Under the pieces are notes generated by a model. That model was not told the DNA's origin and made no database searches. It was given only the letters and a program-made list of their open reading frames with translations. Below are positions 43,720-53,593 of a stretch of DNA of 64,000 nt, in pieces. Numbering within the stretch: the stretch's first letter is position 1; every line of letters starts with the position of its first letter. The stretch covers positions 117,488 to 181,487 of the forward strand of contig CBFGKH010000006.1 in assembly GCA_965649295.1 (NCBI GenBank), in the 5' to 3' direction. This stretch comes from a candidate division WOR-3 bacterium. GTDB taxonomy: Bacteria; Hydrothermota; Tepidihabitantia; Tepidihabitantales; Tepidihabitantaceae. The translations under genes were made by a program, and so were the position numbers.

Positions 43720-45270
43720 ATGCATCGCAACCTGGCAGTCTGCCTGCTGACTGGCCTGATTGCGGTCAGCGCCCAGGCCATTGACACGGTCTGGGTCAGA
43801 ACCTACCACCACTATTCCGAAGACCGACCCTATGCCATGACCGTTGACGGTTCCGGTAATGTCTATCTGGCTGGCTTCCGGGTCGGTCCGGGTACTGGTT
43901 GGGACTTCCTCTGTATCAAATACCGGCCCAATGGCGACACCGCCTGGGTGCGCAGCTACGAGGGCCAGGATGCCAAGTTGTTCGCAGTCGACATTGACCC
44001 AGCTGGCAACGTCTATGCCGGCGGGTTTTCCAATTTTGTCGGCGAGTTTGACTACACCACTGTCAAGTATGACCCCAACGGCAACCAGCTCTGGTTGCGT
44101 CGCTACGAGCGTCAACCCCAAAGTAACGACCATCTTTGGGCACTTTGCGTTGACGACTCCGGTTATTGCTACGTCACCGGCGACTGCTATAACGGCCCCG
44201 ATCCGGTTGACGGCGCAGTCATCAAGTACAAGCCCAATGGTGACACCGCTTGGGTGCGGCACGGGCCGGGCCCGCGCAATCAGAATGTTGCCATTGCCGT
44301 TGATGATTCCGGCAATGTCTATGTGACCGGGACCTGCATTGTTGACCGCGATCGCCCCTGGACCAGCGGATTCTGGACCGCAAAGTACCGGCCGAACGGC
44401 GACACCGCTTGGGTGCGGCGCTGGTTTGGCCCGCGCAACCGGGCTGGTGCCAATGCGCTGGCCCTGGACAGTTCTGGTGTTGTCGTCGTCGGCTGGTGCT
44501 ACGACGCTAACTACAACTACGACTGGGGAGTCATCAAATACAGCTTGGCCGGCGATTCGCTCTGGGCCGATGTAGTGAACGAGCCCTGGGACAACTATGA
44601 AGAAGGTCGCCGGGTGGCCCTTGACTCGCTGGGCAACGCCTTTGTCACCGGCACCGCTAGCAACGGCCCCAGCTCATTTATCATGACCGCCAAGTATGAC
44701 ACGGTCGGCAATCGGGGATGGCTTGTCATCCACGGTGACACGACCAGCTCTCCCTCTGACATCCCCGCCGACATCGTCACCGACGCAGCGGGCAATTGCT
44801 ACATCTGCGGCCCGAGCGTGAGCAGTGCTCACGGTAGTTCAATCGTCACCTTGAAGTACGGGCCTGACGGCCGCGAGGTCTGGCACGCCTACTACCAACC
44901 GCCCCATGACGGTGCCGATGCCTGTGGCATTAGGCTGGCCGGCCCAAACTACGTCTATGTTGCCGGCGCCGGCCTGTATCCCGGCCGCTACTGGGACTGC
45001 GTGACCATCAAGTATGACCAGACGCTCGGCATCGCCGTGCCCGGCACCGCATTGCCAGCGTCGCATCCTGGGCCAACCGTCTTTCGCCGCAGCCTCAATT
45101 TGCCTCCTGCTGGCTGCCAGCGAGCATCTCGTGTTCCTCTGCTCGACCTATCTGGCCGGCGCGTCCTGACGCTGCGGCCCGGTTCCAACGATGTCAGCCA
45201 GCTTGCTCCCGGCATCTACTTCGTCCGCACCGACCAGTCGCAGTTCTATCGGGTTGTCATAACGAAATAG
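43720..45270 (+). CDS. Secreted SBBP-repeat beta-propeller protein with T9SS-like C-terminal tail
   Basis: ATG after GGAGG; repeats AVD.SGNVYVTG..KY.PNGDTAWVR; tail LLDLSGRRVL..PGIYFVR. Promoter TTGACA-N17-TACCAT upstream. Confidence 0.85.
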   Translation: MHRNLAVCLLTGLIAVSAQAIDTVWVRTYHHYSEDRPYAMTVDGSGNVYLAGFRVGPGTGWDFLCIKYRPNGDTAWVRSYEGQDAKLFAVDIDPAGNVYAGGFSNFVGEFDYTTVKYDPNGNQLWLRRYERQPQSNDHLWALCVDDSGYCYVTGDCYNGPDPVDGAVIKYKPNGDTAWVRHGPGPRNQNVAIAVDDSGNVYVTGTCIVDRDRPWTSGFWTAKYRPNGDTAWVRRWFGPRNRAGANALALDSSGVVVVGWCYDANYNYDWGVIKYSLAGDSLWADVVNEPWDNYEEGRRVALDSLGNAFVTGTASNGPSSFIMTAKYDTVGNRGWLVIHGDTTSSPSDIPADIVTDAAGNCYICGPSVSSAHGSSIVTLKYGPDGREVWHAYYQPPHDGADACGIRLAGPNYVYVAGAGLYPGRYWDCVTIKYDQTLGIAVPGTALPASHPGPTVFRRSLNLPPAGCQRASRVPLLDLSGRRVLTLRPGSNDVSQLAPGIYFVRTDQSQFYRVVITK

Positions 45271-45429
45271 CAGCAGCTTGATTTTGCCGCCGGCCCGCCT
45301 TGACCGGCGTATTACCAGTAATATACTAATTTGTCAGATTTTGGGCTACATCCCGATATCAAGGAACTAGGCCAGTTTGTCGGCGGGTGTGAGCGCACCT
45401 GCCCTAAGGACCTATAGTCTGAGGAGGCT

Positions 45430-48400
45430 GTGATGATGCGACAGATGTCCTTGCTGACTGCCATTATCCTTGTGGGCCTGGCAGCAGCCCAGACAGGTGT
45501 TGACCTTAGCCAGGCCGGCTATCTCCCCGCTGGCACCGAAATAGTCGAACTCCGTACTGCTGACGCCCGCCACTACAGTAATGGCGACGGCACAATAACC
45601 GCCGTCATCGAGGCGCTCAATCCCGGCGGCCCGAACCCGCAGCCTTTCGATGTCACCACGCTCAGCTCCGGCTATACCTGTTTCATCGAGAAGATGACGG
45701 TTCTTTGGATAACCTATTACTCCCGCACGACCGGTGATTTCCACGTCGGCTACTATACTGAAAGCGGCGGCACCATTCAGGAACGGGGCATGGCTGAATG
45801 GCAGCTTGGCTCGATCCCGGACAATGCCACTGTCAGCTCGGTTTCGTGCTCAACACGCTGCTTCAACTCCGGTTACAACTGGCCGACATCAGTGCCGCTG
45901 TATGAGATGACGAACCGCCCATCAACGACCCCAAATGACAACCCTGGCAACACGACGTTGTTCAATGATGCCGGTGACGGCGTGCAATATGCGACCTACA
46001 CTGGGTTTGCTAACGACATCTGGCTACACGCAACCCTGAACGGCGCTGCCCCGCTTGTCCAGTCCCGCCTCACCGGAGGTGACTGGTTCGCCCTCGGCTA
46101 CTCCTACACCGGCTCTGGTTCGGCCTACGAGGCCGGTTTCTACGGTGCTTGGGGAAACTATGCGCCCAAGCTCCGAGTCACCTACACCGTTCCGGCCACT
46201 CATGATGTCGGCGTGACCCAGATTCTTGCCCCAACCGGCACAGTTGATTCTGGTGCTCAGGTCACGCCCTCCTGTATCGTCCAGAACTACACAAGCAGCT
46301 CCGCGAGCTACATTGTGCGGCTCAAGGTCGGTCCCAATGGCAGCTACTACAACGGTACCGCCTCGGTTACTAACCATCCGGGCAACTCAAGCCTCACAGT
46401 AACCGGCTTCTCGCCACCAATGTATGCCAACTGGCCGCGCAACACTGCCATCGCTGTCACCTGCTCAACCGAGCTTACCGGCGACGCCAACAACAATAAC
46501 GACAAAGCTACTACCAGCGTCCAGACTCGTGTCCGTGATGTCCAGCCGACAATCTGGTACCAACCTCCCACAAACGTTGACTCCGGTGTAACCGTCACGC
46601 CGTCGGTGCGTGTCCAAAACAACGGCACAGTGCTGGCAACTTTCAATGTCCGGTTCTGGACAAGCGACGGCTTCTCCAGTACCAAGACCGTGACCAATCT
46701 CTCGGCCAATGGCGGCCAGGACATTGTTGACTTTGACCCCTGGACAATCACCACCCGCGGCACAGTCGCCTGCACCTGCGCCACCCTGCTCAGCGACGAT
46801 ATGATTCGGGCCAACGACAGCATCAGCCGCAACGTGAGCGTTGCCGTGCGTGACGTCCGGGCAGTGGCAATCACCGCACCGGTCGCAGTTGACTCGGGTG
46901 TGCCGGTAACGCCCGAGGCAACGGTCCAGAACCTGGGCACGGCAGCAGCAACCTTCCCAGTGCGCCTGTTCGTGGATGGCGTGCCGCACGGCAGCGACAA
47001 GTGGGTGAACAATCTCGCGCCCGGCCTGCCGCCAGTGGCCGTGACTTTTGACGAATGGACTCCGAACCGTCACGGCAGCTTTGTCCTGCGCTGCTCGACT
47101 ATGCTCGCCAACGATATGGTCCCAATCAATGACACAGTCTCGCGCACCGTGTCGGCAATGGTGCGGGACGTGCGGCCAATGCGCATCAACGTGCCGGCAG
47201 CCGAAATTGACTCTGGCCCGCCGCTGCTACCGAATGTGACGGTTGAGAACGTCGGCCCCAACCCATCCGGCCCGTTTGATGTCAGACTGACCATCGGCGC
47301 GTGGTCCGACCTCTATCACCTCGACAACCTTGCGCCCGGCGAGACTGCCCGTATCGGATTCCACTCCTGGCAGCCGCAGCGCGGGACTTGGCCGATTGAG
47401 CTTGTCACTCTCCTTGCTGGCGACGCCAACCCCGGCAATGACACGATTCGTTCCTCGGTCACGGTAGCTGTCCGCGACATCGGCGTCGGCTCAATACTGG
47501 CACCGGCTGGCAACGTCCGTCGCGGCACAGTCATAACTCCCCGCATTGCCATTACAAACTACGGCAACCAGCCAGCCCTGGCCAACGCCGAACTGGTGAT
47601 CAAGGACGAGTTTGGGACGGTCCTGCATACCGCCCAGGCGCGAGATGTCGCGGTCCCGGTTGCCGGTCTGGATAACCTGCCGCTTGAACCCGACTGGCCA
47701 GCGACCAATCTTGGCCGATTCCAGGCTGTCGCCAGAACCGTCTATGGCGATGACATGCATCCCGAGAACGATACCGACAGCACCTACTTCGACGTTGTTG
47801 CCGGCAGCACTGACATTGGTGTCCAGCGAATTTGGTCGCCAGCCGGAACGATTGACACTGGTACCACCGTTGTGCCAACCGTCTGGATTTACAATCCTGG
47901 CGAGCTGACTGCTGATGGCGACGCATTCTTCACCATAACCCACGCCAGCGAAACTGTATATTCAGCCACCGCCGCGATTGTCGGGCTCGCGCCGGGTGAA
48001 TCAACCGAAATCAGCTTTGACGGCTGGCCCGGCCCCCACCCTGTCGGCAGCTACGTTGGTCGCTGCTCAGTGGCGCTCGCCGGTGACGAGAATCCTGCCA
48101 ACGACACCCTGAGCCGGCCGTTTACCGTTGTTGCTCGCACCAACTGGCCGAGTGGCTGGCAGGAGGTGAGTAACCTGCCGGCTCCACCCTCCAACCGGCA
48201 GGTCAAGGACGGTGGCTGGATTGCAGGCCCGGCTGCCAATGGCCTGCTCTACGCAATCAAGGGCAATAAGGTGCGTGACTTCTATGCCTACGACCCGATT
48301 GCCGATAGCTGGACCCGCAAGGCCGATTTCGGTTCTTCCAGCAGCCGGCTGCCCGGCAAGGGCGGTGCGGCGATTGCTGACGGTGGCCGCTACATCTATG

Positions 48401-49371
48401 CGGTCAAGGGCAACAACAGCCTTGAGTTCTACCGCTACGACGTGACCACTGATAGCTGGCAGGCATTGCGCGAGGTCCCGCCCGGCAACCACAAGATCAA
48501 GGCTGGCGCCGACCTCGCCTATGTGAACTACGGTGACACCGGCTATGTCTATCTCCTCAAAGGCTACCGCAACGAGTTCTACCGCTACAACACCGTAAGC
48601 GGCGAGTGGCAGACCGAAACCCGGGCTCCGGACCGGGCCAGCCCTAAGTACGACAAAGGTTCATTCCTTGTCGGCGACGGCACCGGTGTGCTCTATGTCC
48701 ATCAGGCCAAGTTCCACCGGCTCTACCGTTACGACGTCGCCACCCGCGCCTGGAGTGCCGATACCTTGCGGGGCATGCCGTTCGTCTCCCGTGTCTTCAA
48801 CCGCACCCGCCAGTCCAAAGACGGCGGCTGCGCCGCCTGGTCCAACGGCATCATCTATGCGCTCAAGGGCAACAACACCCAGGAGTACTACCGCTACTTC
48901 CCAGCCCATGACTCCTGGCAGGAACTTGACACAATGCCGCAATGGGGCCGGCTCACCCAACGCAAGCGGAAGGTCAAGTCCGGTGCCGATATCACCAGCT
49001 ACGAGCCAGGCGTTATCTTTGCCCTCAAGGGCAACAAGACCAACGAATGCTGGCGCTGGAAAGACTGGCCAACCGCCTACTCGCTATCGCCCCAGCGCGA
49101 CGGCATTGCCACCAGCTATTTGGCTGGCGACTATCAGTTGACGATTACCCCCAATCCGCTGCGCACTGGCTTCCTCTGCCTGACCACCGGCCCGCTCTAT
49201 GACCGTGCTACGCTCTCTGTCTTCGATCCGCTTGGTCGCCGCGTCCTCACTCGGCCGCTTACACGCTCGTCCGCTCAACTCGACCTGCGTTCCCTGCCGA
49301 GCGGTGTCTATCTCCTCCGCATCGATCTCGGCAGCAGCCGGTTCACCCGCAAACTGGTAATCGAGCACTAA
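45430..49371 (+). CDS. Large secreted multidomain protein: DNRLRE-like domain, six CARDB-like Ig repeats, Kelch-like propeller, T9SS-like C-terminal domain
   Basis: Signal peptide; repeats beginning HDVG/RDV/RDIG/TDIG..P; YAIKGN..FY.YD...W repeats; PNP..FDPLGRRV..LPSGVYLLR. Confidence 0.85.
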   Translation: MMMRQMSLLTAIILVGLAAAQTGVDLSQAGYLPAGTEIVELRTADARHYSNGDGTITAVIEALNPGGPNPQPFDVTTLSSGYTCFIEKMTVLWITYYSRTTGDFHVGYYTESGGTIQERGMAEWQLGSIPDNATVSSVSCSTRCFNSGYNWPTSVPLYEMTNRPSTTPNDNPGNTTLFNDAGDGVQYATYTGFANDIWLHATLNGAAPLVQSRLTGGDWFALGYSYTGSGSAYEAGFYGAWGNYAPKLRVTYTVPATHDVGVTQILAPTGTVDSGAQVTPSCIVQNYTSSSASYIVRLKVGPNGSYYNGTASVTNHPGNSSLTVTGFSPPMYANWPRNTAIAVTCSTELTGDANNNNDKATTSVQTRVRDVQPTIWYQPPTNVDSGVTVTPSVRVQNNGTVLATFNVRFWTSDGFSSTKTVTNLSANGGQDIVDFDPWTITTRGTVACTCATLLSDDMIRANDSISRNVSVAVRDVRAVAITAPVAVDSGVPVTPEATVQNLGTAAATFPVRLFVDGVPHGSDKWVNNLAPGLPPVAVTFDEWTPNRHGSFVLRCSTMLANDMVPINDTVSRTVSAMVRDVRPMRINVPAAEIDSGPPLLPNVTVENVGPNPSGPFDVRLTIGAWSDLYHLDNLAPGETARIGFHSWQPQRGTWPIELVTLLAGDANPGNDTIRSSVTVAVRDIGVGSILAPAGNVRRGTVITPRIAITNYGNQPALANAELVIKDEFGTVLHTAQARDVAVPVAGLDNLPLEPDWPATNLGRFQAVARTVYGDDMHPENDTDSTYFDVVAGSTDIGVQRIWSPAGTIDTGTTVVPTVWIYNPGELTADGDAFFTITHASETVYSATAAIVGLAPGESTEISFDGWPGPHPVGSYVGRCSVALAGDENPANDTLSRPFTVVARTNWPSGWQEVSNLPAPPSNRQVKDGGWIAGPAANGLLYAIKGNKVRDFYAYDPIADSWTRKADFGSSSSRLPGKGGAAIADGGRYIYAVKGNNSLEFYRYDVTTDSWQALREVPPGNHKIKAGADLAYVNYGDTGYVYLLKGYRNEFYRYNTVSGEWQTETRAPDRASPKYDKGSFLVGDGTGVLYVHQAKFHRLYRYDVATRAWSADTLRGMPFVSRVFNRTRQSKDGGCAAWSNGIIYALKGNNTQEYYRYFPAHDSWQELDTMPQWGRLTQRKRKVKSGADITSYEPGVIFALKGNKTNECWRWKDWPTAYSLSPQRDGIATSYLAGDYQLTITPNPLRTGFLCLTTGPLYDRATLSVFDPLGRRVLTRPLTRSSAQLDLRSLPSGVYLLRIDLGSSRFTRKLVIEH

Positions 49372-49389
49372 TCGGCACCCGCCCGAAAA

Positions 49390-49421
49390 TGTCGCGACCC
49401 GCCAGCCGGCGGGTCGCGACA
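49390..49421. terminator. Probable bidirectional terminator hairpin
   Basis: 14-bp perfect stem tgtcgcgacccgcc/ggcgggtcgcgaca between convergent genes. Confidence 0.7.
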
Positions 49422-49436
49422 ACTGTTCGGTCAGGA

Positions 49437-49886
49437 TTAGTCCTTGCTTTCGATGGTGATTTCCCGAGCCTTGACTTTCTCAGCCTTGGGCAGGACCAGT
49501 TCGAGCACGCCGGCCTTATAGCTGGCCGTAGCTTTGTCCCCTTGGATGCTCACTGGCATCACAATCGTCCGCTGGAACGAACCATAGGCGCGCTCGATCC
49601 GGTGGAAGGTCTTGTTCTTCTGTTCGGCCTCATGTCGCCGCTCACCGGAGATTGTCACCGTGTCGTCGGCGACTGTGACCTTGATATCTTCCTTCTTCAT
49701 GCCCGGGATCTCGGCCCGGAGAATCATCGCATCGTTCGTCTCCTCGACGTCTACGGCCGGTGCCCAGAAGCCTTCGGCCCGCTCCCGGGGATAACGGCCG
49801 AGCATCGAGTCGAAGAATCTTTCCATATCTTCCCGCATTGAGGCCATCTCGCGGAAAGGATCCCAAGTCATTAGATTTCGAGCCAT
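49437..49886 (-). CDS. Hsp20/alpha-crystallin small heat shock protein
   Basis: PAVDVEET, AEIPGMKKEDI, ERAYGSFQR, YKAGVLELVLPK; SD AGGAGGTG. Confidence 0.95.
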   Translation of the reverse strand: MARNLMTWDPFREMASMREDMERFFDSMLGRYPRERAEGFWAPAVDVEETNDAMILRAEIPGMKKEDIKVTVADDTVTISGERRHEAEQKNKTFHRIERAYGSFQRTIVMPVSIQGDKATASYKAGVLELVLPKAEKVKAREITIESKD

Positions 49887-49925
49887 AACACCACCTCCTT
49901 TTGGTTTATCTTTGCCTTCACCCGC

Positions 49926-49958
49926 TTAGACTACAGTTGGCGGCAGGACGGTTCAGCC
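49926..49958 (-). promoter_or_regulatory. Candidate heat-shock promoter/operator upstream of hsp20
   Basis: ggctgaac..aactgtagtctaa, similar to clpB gactgcaac..aagtgcagtctaa. Confidence 0.45.
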
Positions 49959-50020
49959 CGACCACCACCGACTATCCCTGTTCGCGCTTGATTATCTACT
50001 GGTCAGACCGATACTCTGCT

Positions 50021-50893
50021 GTGCTCTACCTACTGCTCAAGGTCGCATCAGCGGTCGGCATGGGCCTGATTCTCAAACGGACCGACAAACAGGGCCTGGC
50101 CCGGCTACCGGTCATCCGCATCAACTACGCGGCTGCGGCTGGCTTAGCCTTTCTCGGCTGCCTTGCCGCTGGCCAGCAGCACATCTCGCTACCCACCGCC
50201 CTCCTTGCCATCTTCACCGGCGCTATCTTCGTTGCCGGCATGCTCTGCTGGGCCCAGACCATTCGCACGGCCGGTCTGGCCCTGTCAGTGGTTGCCATGC
50301 GCACCGCCATCGTCATTCCGGTCATTGCCTCAATCCTCATCTGGCACGAAAAGCCAACTGCCATCCAGCTCATTGGTGTCACCACTGCCCTAGTCGCCCT
50401 CAGCCTGGTCCTCAGTGACACGCTCCACCAGACCCAGCCGCGTGACCCGAACCCCGGGCATGGACCCAAAGCACCATTCTGGCTAGCCAGTCTCTTTCTC
50501 ATTGACGGCCTGGTAATGGTTCCGGCCCAAATCTTCCGCAAGGGACTACCCGAAAGCGAGACCCTGCCGTTCCAGACCGTCATCTTCATCGCCGCCTTCT
50601 TCATCACCACCATCATCTACTACCTGCGCCGACCGCGGACTAATGAGCAATCACTCAACTGGGGAGCCCTGCTCGGCGCTGCCAACCTTGGCAACTACCT
50701 GTTTCTCGTCATGGCCCTAACCGTCTTGCCCGGCGTTGTGGTCTATCCGGTCATTGCTGCCGGCGAGGTCGGCCTTCTGGCCCTGGCCGGGGTCTTGGTC
50801 TGGAAAGAGAAAGTTGGCGTGCGAAGCTGGCTTGGCATTGGCCTCGCTGTCTGCGCTCTCATCCTCATCCAGCTCGGCAGGACTGCTAACTAG
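50021..50893 (+). CDS. DMT/EamA family transporter
   Basis: About 10 hydrophobic segments in two EamA-like halves; GTG 50021 just after TTGATT-N16-GATACT. Confidence 0.8.
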   Translation: MLYLLLKVASAVGMGLILKRTDKQGLARLPVIRINYAAAAGLAFLGCLAAGQQHISLPTALLAIFTGAIFVAGMLCWAQTIRTAGLALSVVAMRTAIVIPVIASILIWHEKPTAIQLIGVTTALVALSLVLSDTLHQTQPRDPNPGHGPKAPFWLASLFLIDGLVMVPAQIFRKGLPESETLPFQTVIFIAAFFITTIIYYLRRPRTNEQSLNWGALLGAANLGNYLFLVMALTVLPGVVVYPVIAAGEVGLLALAGVLVWKEKVGVRSWLGIGLAVCALILIQLGRTAN

Positions 50894-50904
50894 GAGGAAG
50901 AAAA

Positions 50905-51411
50905 ATGGACAGTCGTTTGACCGCTATCTTTCGCCGACGGAGTGTGCGGGCGTTCACTGGCGCGACGATTGCCGCGGCCGACCTGCAGGCGTTGCTTGAG
51001 GCCGGAATGGCTGCGCCCAGCGCCCGCAATCTGCAGCCGTGGCACTTTGTGGTTGTGACCGACCGCCGGCAACTAGAGCAACTGGCCGAAATCCATCCCT
51101 ACGGTAAGATGCTCGCCGCTGCCGGCGCCGCAATCGCGGTCTGTGGCGACACAACCGCTAGCCCTGACTTCTGGATTCAGGACTGCTCTGCCGCGACTGA
51201 GAATATCCTGATTGCTGCGGCAATGCTCGGGCTTGGCACCTGCTGGCTGGGGATGCATCCGCGAGCCGAGCGCGTCGCGGCGGTGCGGAAGTTCCTCTCG
51301 ATACCCGAGCAGTTCGGGATTCTCTCACTCATTGCGGTTGGCGTGCCGGCCGAACTGCCTGCACCGCGCACCCAGTACGACGCGTCGCGCGTCCACCACG
51401 GCCGCTGGTAG
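50905..51411 (+). CDS. Nitroreductase family protein
   Basis: RRSVRAF, APSARNLQPW.F, ENILIAA..LGLGTCW. Confidence 0.93.
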   Translation: MDSRLTAIFRRRSVRAFTGATIAAADLQALLEAGMAAPSARNLQPWHFVVVTDRRQLEQLAEIHPYGKMLAAAGAAIAVCGDTTASPDFWIQDCSAATENILIAAAMLGLGTCWLGMHPRAERVAAVRKFLSIPEQFGILSLIAVGVPAELPAPRTQYDASRVHHGRW

Positions 51412-51442
51412 CGGCGCTACCCAACTGGCGATTGCCGGCGGG

Positions 51443-53500
51443 CTAGCTGCTAACTGCTGACTTCGCCTGTTCGGCCTTGGTGTCCTTGGTGGTTGGCCCC
51501 GAGCCGCCAAGCGCGTTGAGCACGGCCTGGCCGATTTGGGAACAGTGGAAGTTGATGCGCTCAATATCGGCAATCATGTCAAGATGCACCGACGATGTGT
51601 CCATCGTCTCCTTCAGCCCTTGACTGAGCCGCCCCAGATGCCGGTCGTGCAGCTCGCGGCGACGCTCGACACCCCAGGCCCGGCGCTCGACCAGTCCGAT
51701 AGCCAGCTTGCGGTCCCAGGTGGCAAGCGCGGCAATTGCCTGCGTCAGGCTCTGTTCTACCTCGGCGTGGAACTGGCCTATCTCGGCTAGCCCCTCGGCC
51801 GAGAATGCCAGGCCTTCCTCCATCTTCTTCCGACAATGGGCCATGATATTCTTGGAAACAACATCGGCGATGTGCTCCAGCTCGTCGGTCACATAAAAGA
51901 GAGCAACGGTGCGCCGCGACAGCGCTGGTGACAGCTCCTCTTGTGAAACCCGGGCAAGAAATCCGGTTATCGCCCCCTCAAGCCGGTCAACCTCGTCGTC
52001 ACCAGCAACAATCCGGCGCCGTCCCTCTTTGTCATTATTGAGGAATACCGGCAGCGCTGCCCGATACAGCTCCAGCACCCTGTCGCCCATCCGCAACACC
52101 TCCCGGCAGGCTTGGGCCACTGCGACTTCGGGTGCTTCGAGTGCAGTCAGGTCAAGATAGCGTGGCCCCAGGGCCTGGCTGGCCCGATCCGGCACCAGCC
52201 GGCGCAGCAGTCGCTCATAGCCGCCGAGGAGCGGCAGAAAGACGACTGCCGCCATCACATTGATGAGAGTATGGGCATTGGCAATCTGCCGGGGGACGGC
52301 ACTCGCAGTCAGGCTGAACAGCCTGACCAGAAACGGTAGAAACGGCATCACCAGCCCGACCGTGACAAGCTTGAAGAGAAGATGGCCGGCAGCAATCCGC
52401 TTTGCCTCGATACCGCCGCGCCAGCTCGCAAGAATCGCATTGAAACAGGTGCCGACATTGGCGCCGAGAATGAACGGCACTGCCGTCTTCAGGTCAACTA
52501 GCCCGGCAAACGAAAGTCCGACGATAATGCCAATCGTTGCTGCCGACGACCTAATCAACCCGGTAAAGAGGACCGCGAAAAGCAGGGCCAGCCACGGCAC
52601 CCTGCCGACCGCGGCCACAACGCTGGCCACCTGGGGCACATAGCGCAGCGGGTCAGCAGCCGTCAGCACTACCTTGAGCGACCAGAAGACCAGTCCGAAC
52701 CCGAAAACCGCCTGGCCGATGTTGCGCAGCCGCCGCCACGAGTTCATCAGCACAAATCCCAGCACCGCCACGATGATGGCATAGTCGAAGAGCCGGAACG
52801 CGAGAATCTGCACTGTCACGGTTGTACCGATATCGGCGCCAAGAATCACTCCCAATGACTGGCCAAGCGAGAGCAGCCCGGCTCGGGCCATTCCCACGAG
52901 CAGAGTGATGGTTGCCGATGACGATTGAAAGATGACTGTCACCCCGATGCCAGACAGCGCGCCAAGGATACGATTGGCGGTGAGCGAGAAAAGTAGCTCG
53001 CGCACCCGGTTGCCAGCGAGCCGGCGCAGCCCTTTCGACCCATAGTAGAGACCGAACAGGAATAGTGTCAGCCCCCCGAGCATCTCGACAATCGTCAGCA
53101 GATACCAGCGCCGCCGCAGGGCCACGATGTCAAAGACGACCTCGTCCTCAGCCGTGGCCGCCCGAATCCGGTAGTCGCCAGCCGTGGCCCCGAGCGAAAG
53201 CCGGGTGCGCGCAAATCCGAGCCGATCGGTCAGCACCAAGGTATCAGCAAGCCGGGCTGGCGTTTTACCGTAGTAGTTATCAAGCGGCTGGGACAGCACG
53301 CTGAAGCGGACCGGCACACCAACCAGCGGCACGCCGTTGCGGGTAACCTGCACCGTCAGCGGCCGCGCCAGCCCCAACCCCGCCTCTCCCACTTGGCGGT
53401 TGCCGGAAACATCCTCACCGTCAAGCTGGCCAAAGCTAATCGTCGCCGCCTGACCGATAGTGGCAATTAGCAACAGTAGGGGAACCAGTCTGCTTAACAC
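51443..53500 (-). CDS. Na/Pi cotransporter (NptA/YjbB-like) with C-terminal PhoU-like domain and extra N-terminal exported Ig-like domain
   Basis: QSSSATI, GADIGTT, GANVGT, ELEHIAD, DIERI..H; N-terminal signal plus TVQVTRNGVPLVGVPVRF..TD..G.A Big_1-like segment. GTG 53500 lies 6 nt after TTGACA-N17-TATGTT. Confidence 0.88.
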   Translation of the reverse strand: MLSRLVPLLLLIATIGQAATISFGQLDGEDVSGNRQVGEAGLGLARPLTVQVTRNGVPLVGVPVRFSVLSQPLDNYYGKTPARLADTLVLTDRLGFARTRLSLGATAGDYRIRAATAEDEVVFDIVALRRRWYLLTIVEMLGGLTLFLFGLYYGSKGLRRLAGNRVRELLFSLTANRILGALSGIGVTVIFQSSSATITLLVGMARAGLLSLGQSLGVILGADIGTTVTVQILAFRLFDYAIIVAVLGFVLMNSWRRLRNIGQAVFGFGLVFWSLKVVLTAADPLRYVPQVASVVAAVGRVPWLALLFAVLFTGLIRSSAATIGIIVGLSFAGLVDLKTAVPFILGANVGTCFNAILASWRGGIEAKRIAAGHLLFKLVTVGLVMPFLPFLVRLFSLTASAVPRQIANAHTLINVMAAVVFLPLLGGYERLLRRLVPDRASQALGPRYLDLTALEAPEVAVAQACREVLRMGDRVLELYRAALPVFLNNDKEGRRRIVAGDDEVDRLEGAITGFLARVSQEELSPALSRRTVALFYVTDELEHIADVVSKNIMAHCRKKMEEGLAFSAEGLAEIGQFHAEVEQSLTQAIAALATWDRKLAIGLVERRAWGVERRRELHDRHLGRLSQGLKETMDTSSVHLDMIADIERINFHCSQIGQAVLNALGGSGPTTKDTKAEQAKSAVSS

Positions 53501-53593
53501 CGCCCTAACATATGCCCAGATTCCCAAGCTGTCAACGGTTAGGACAGAGTTGCAGCACCTTGCTTGGGCCAAACCGCTGGACTAAAATCGCTT

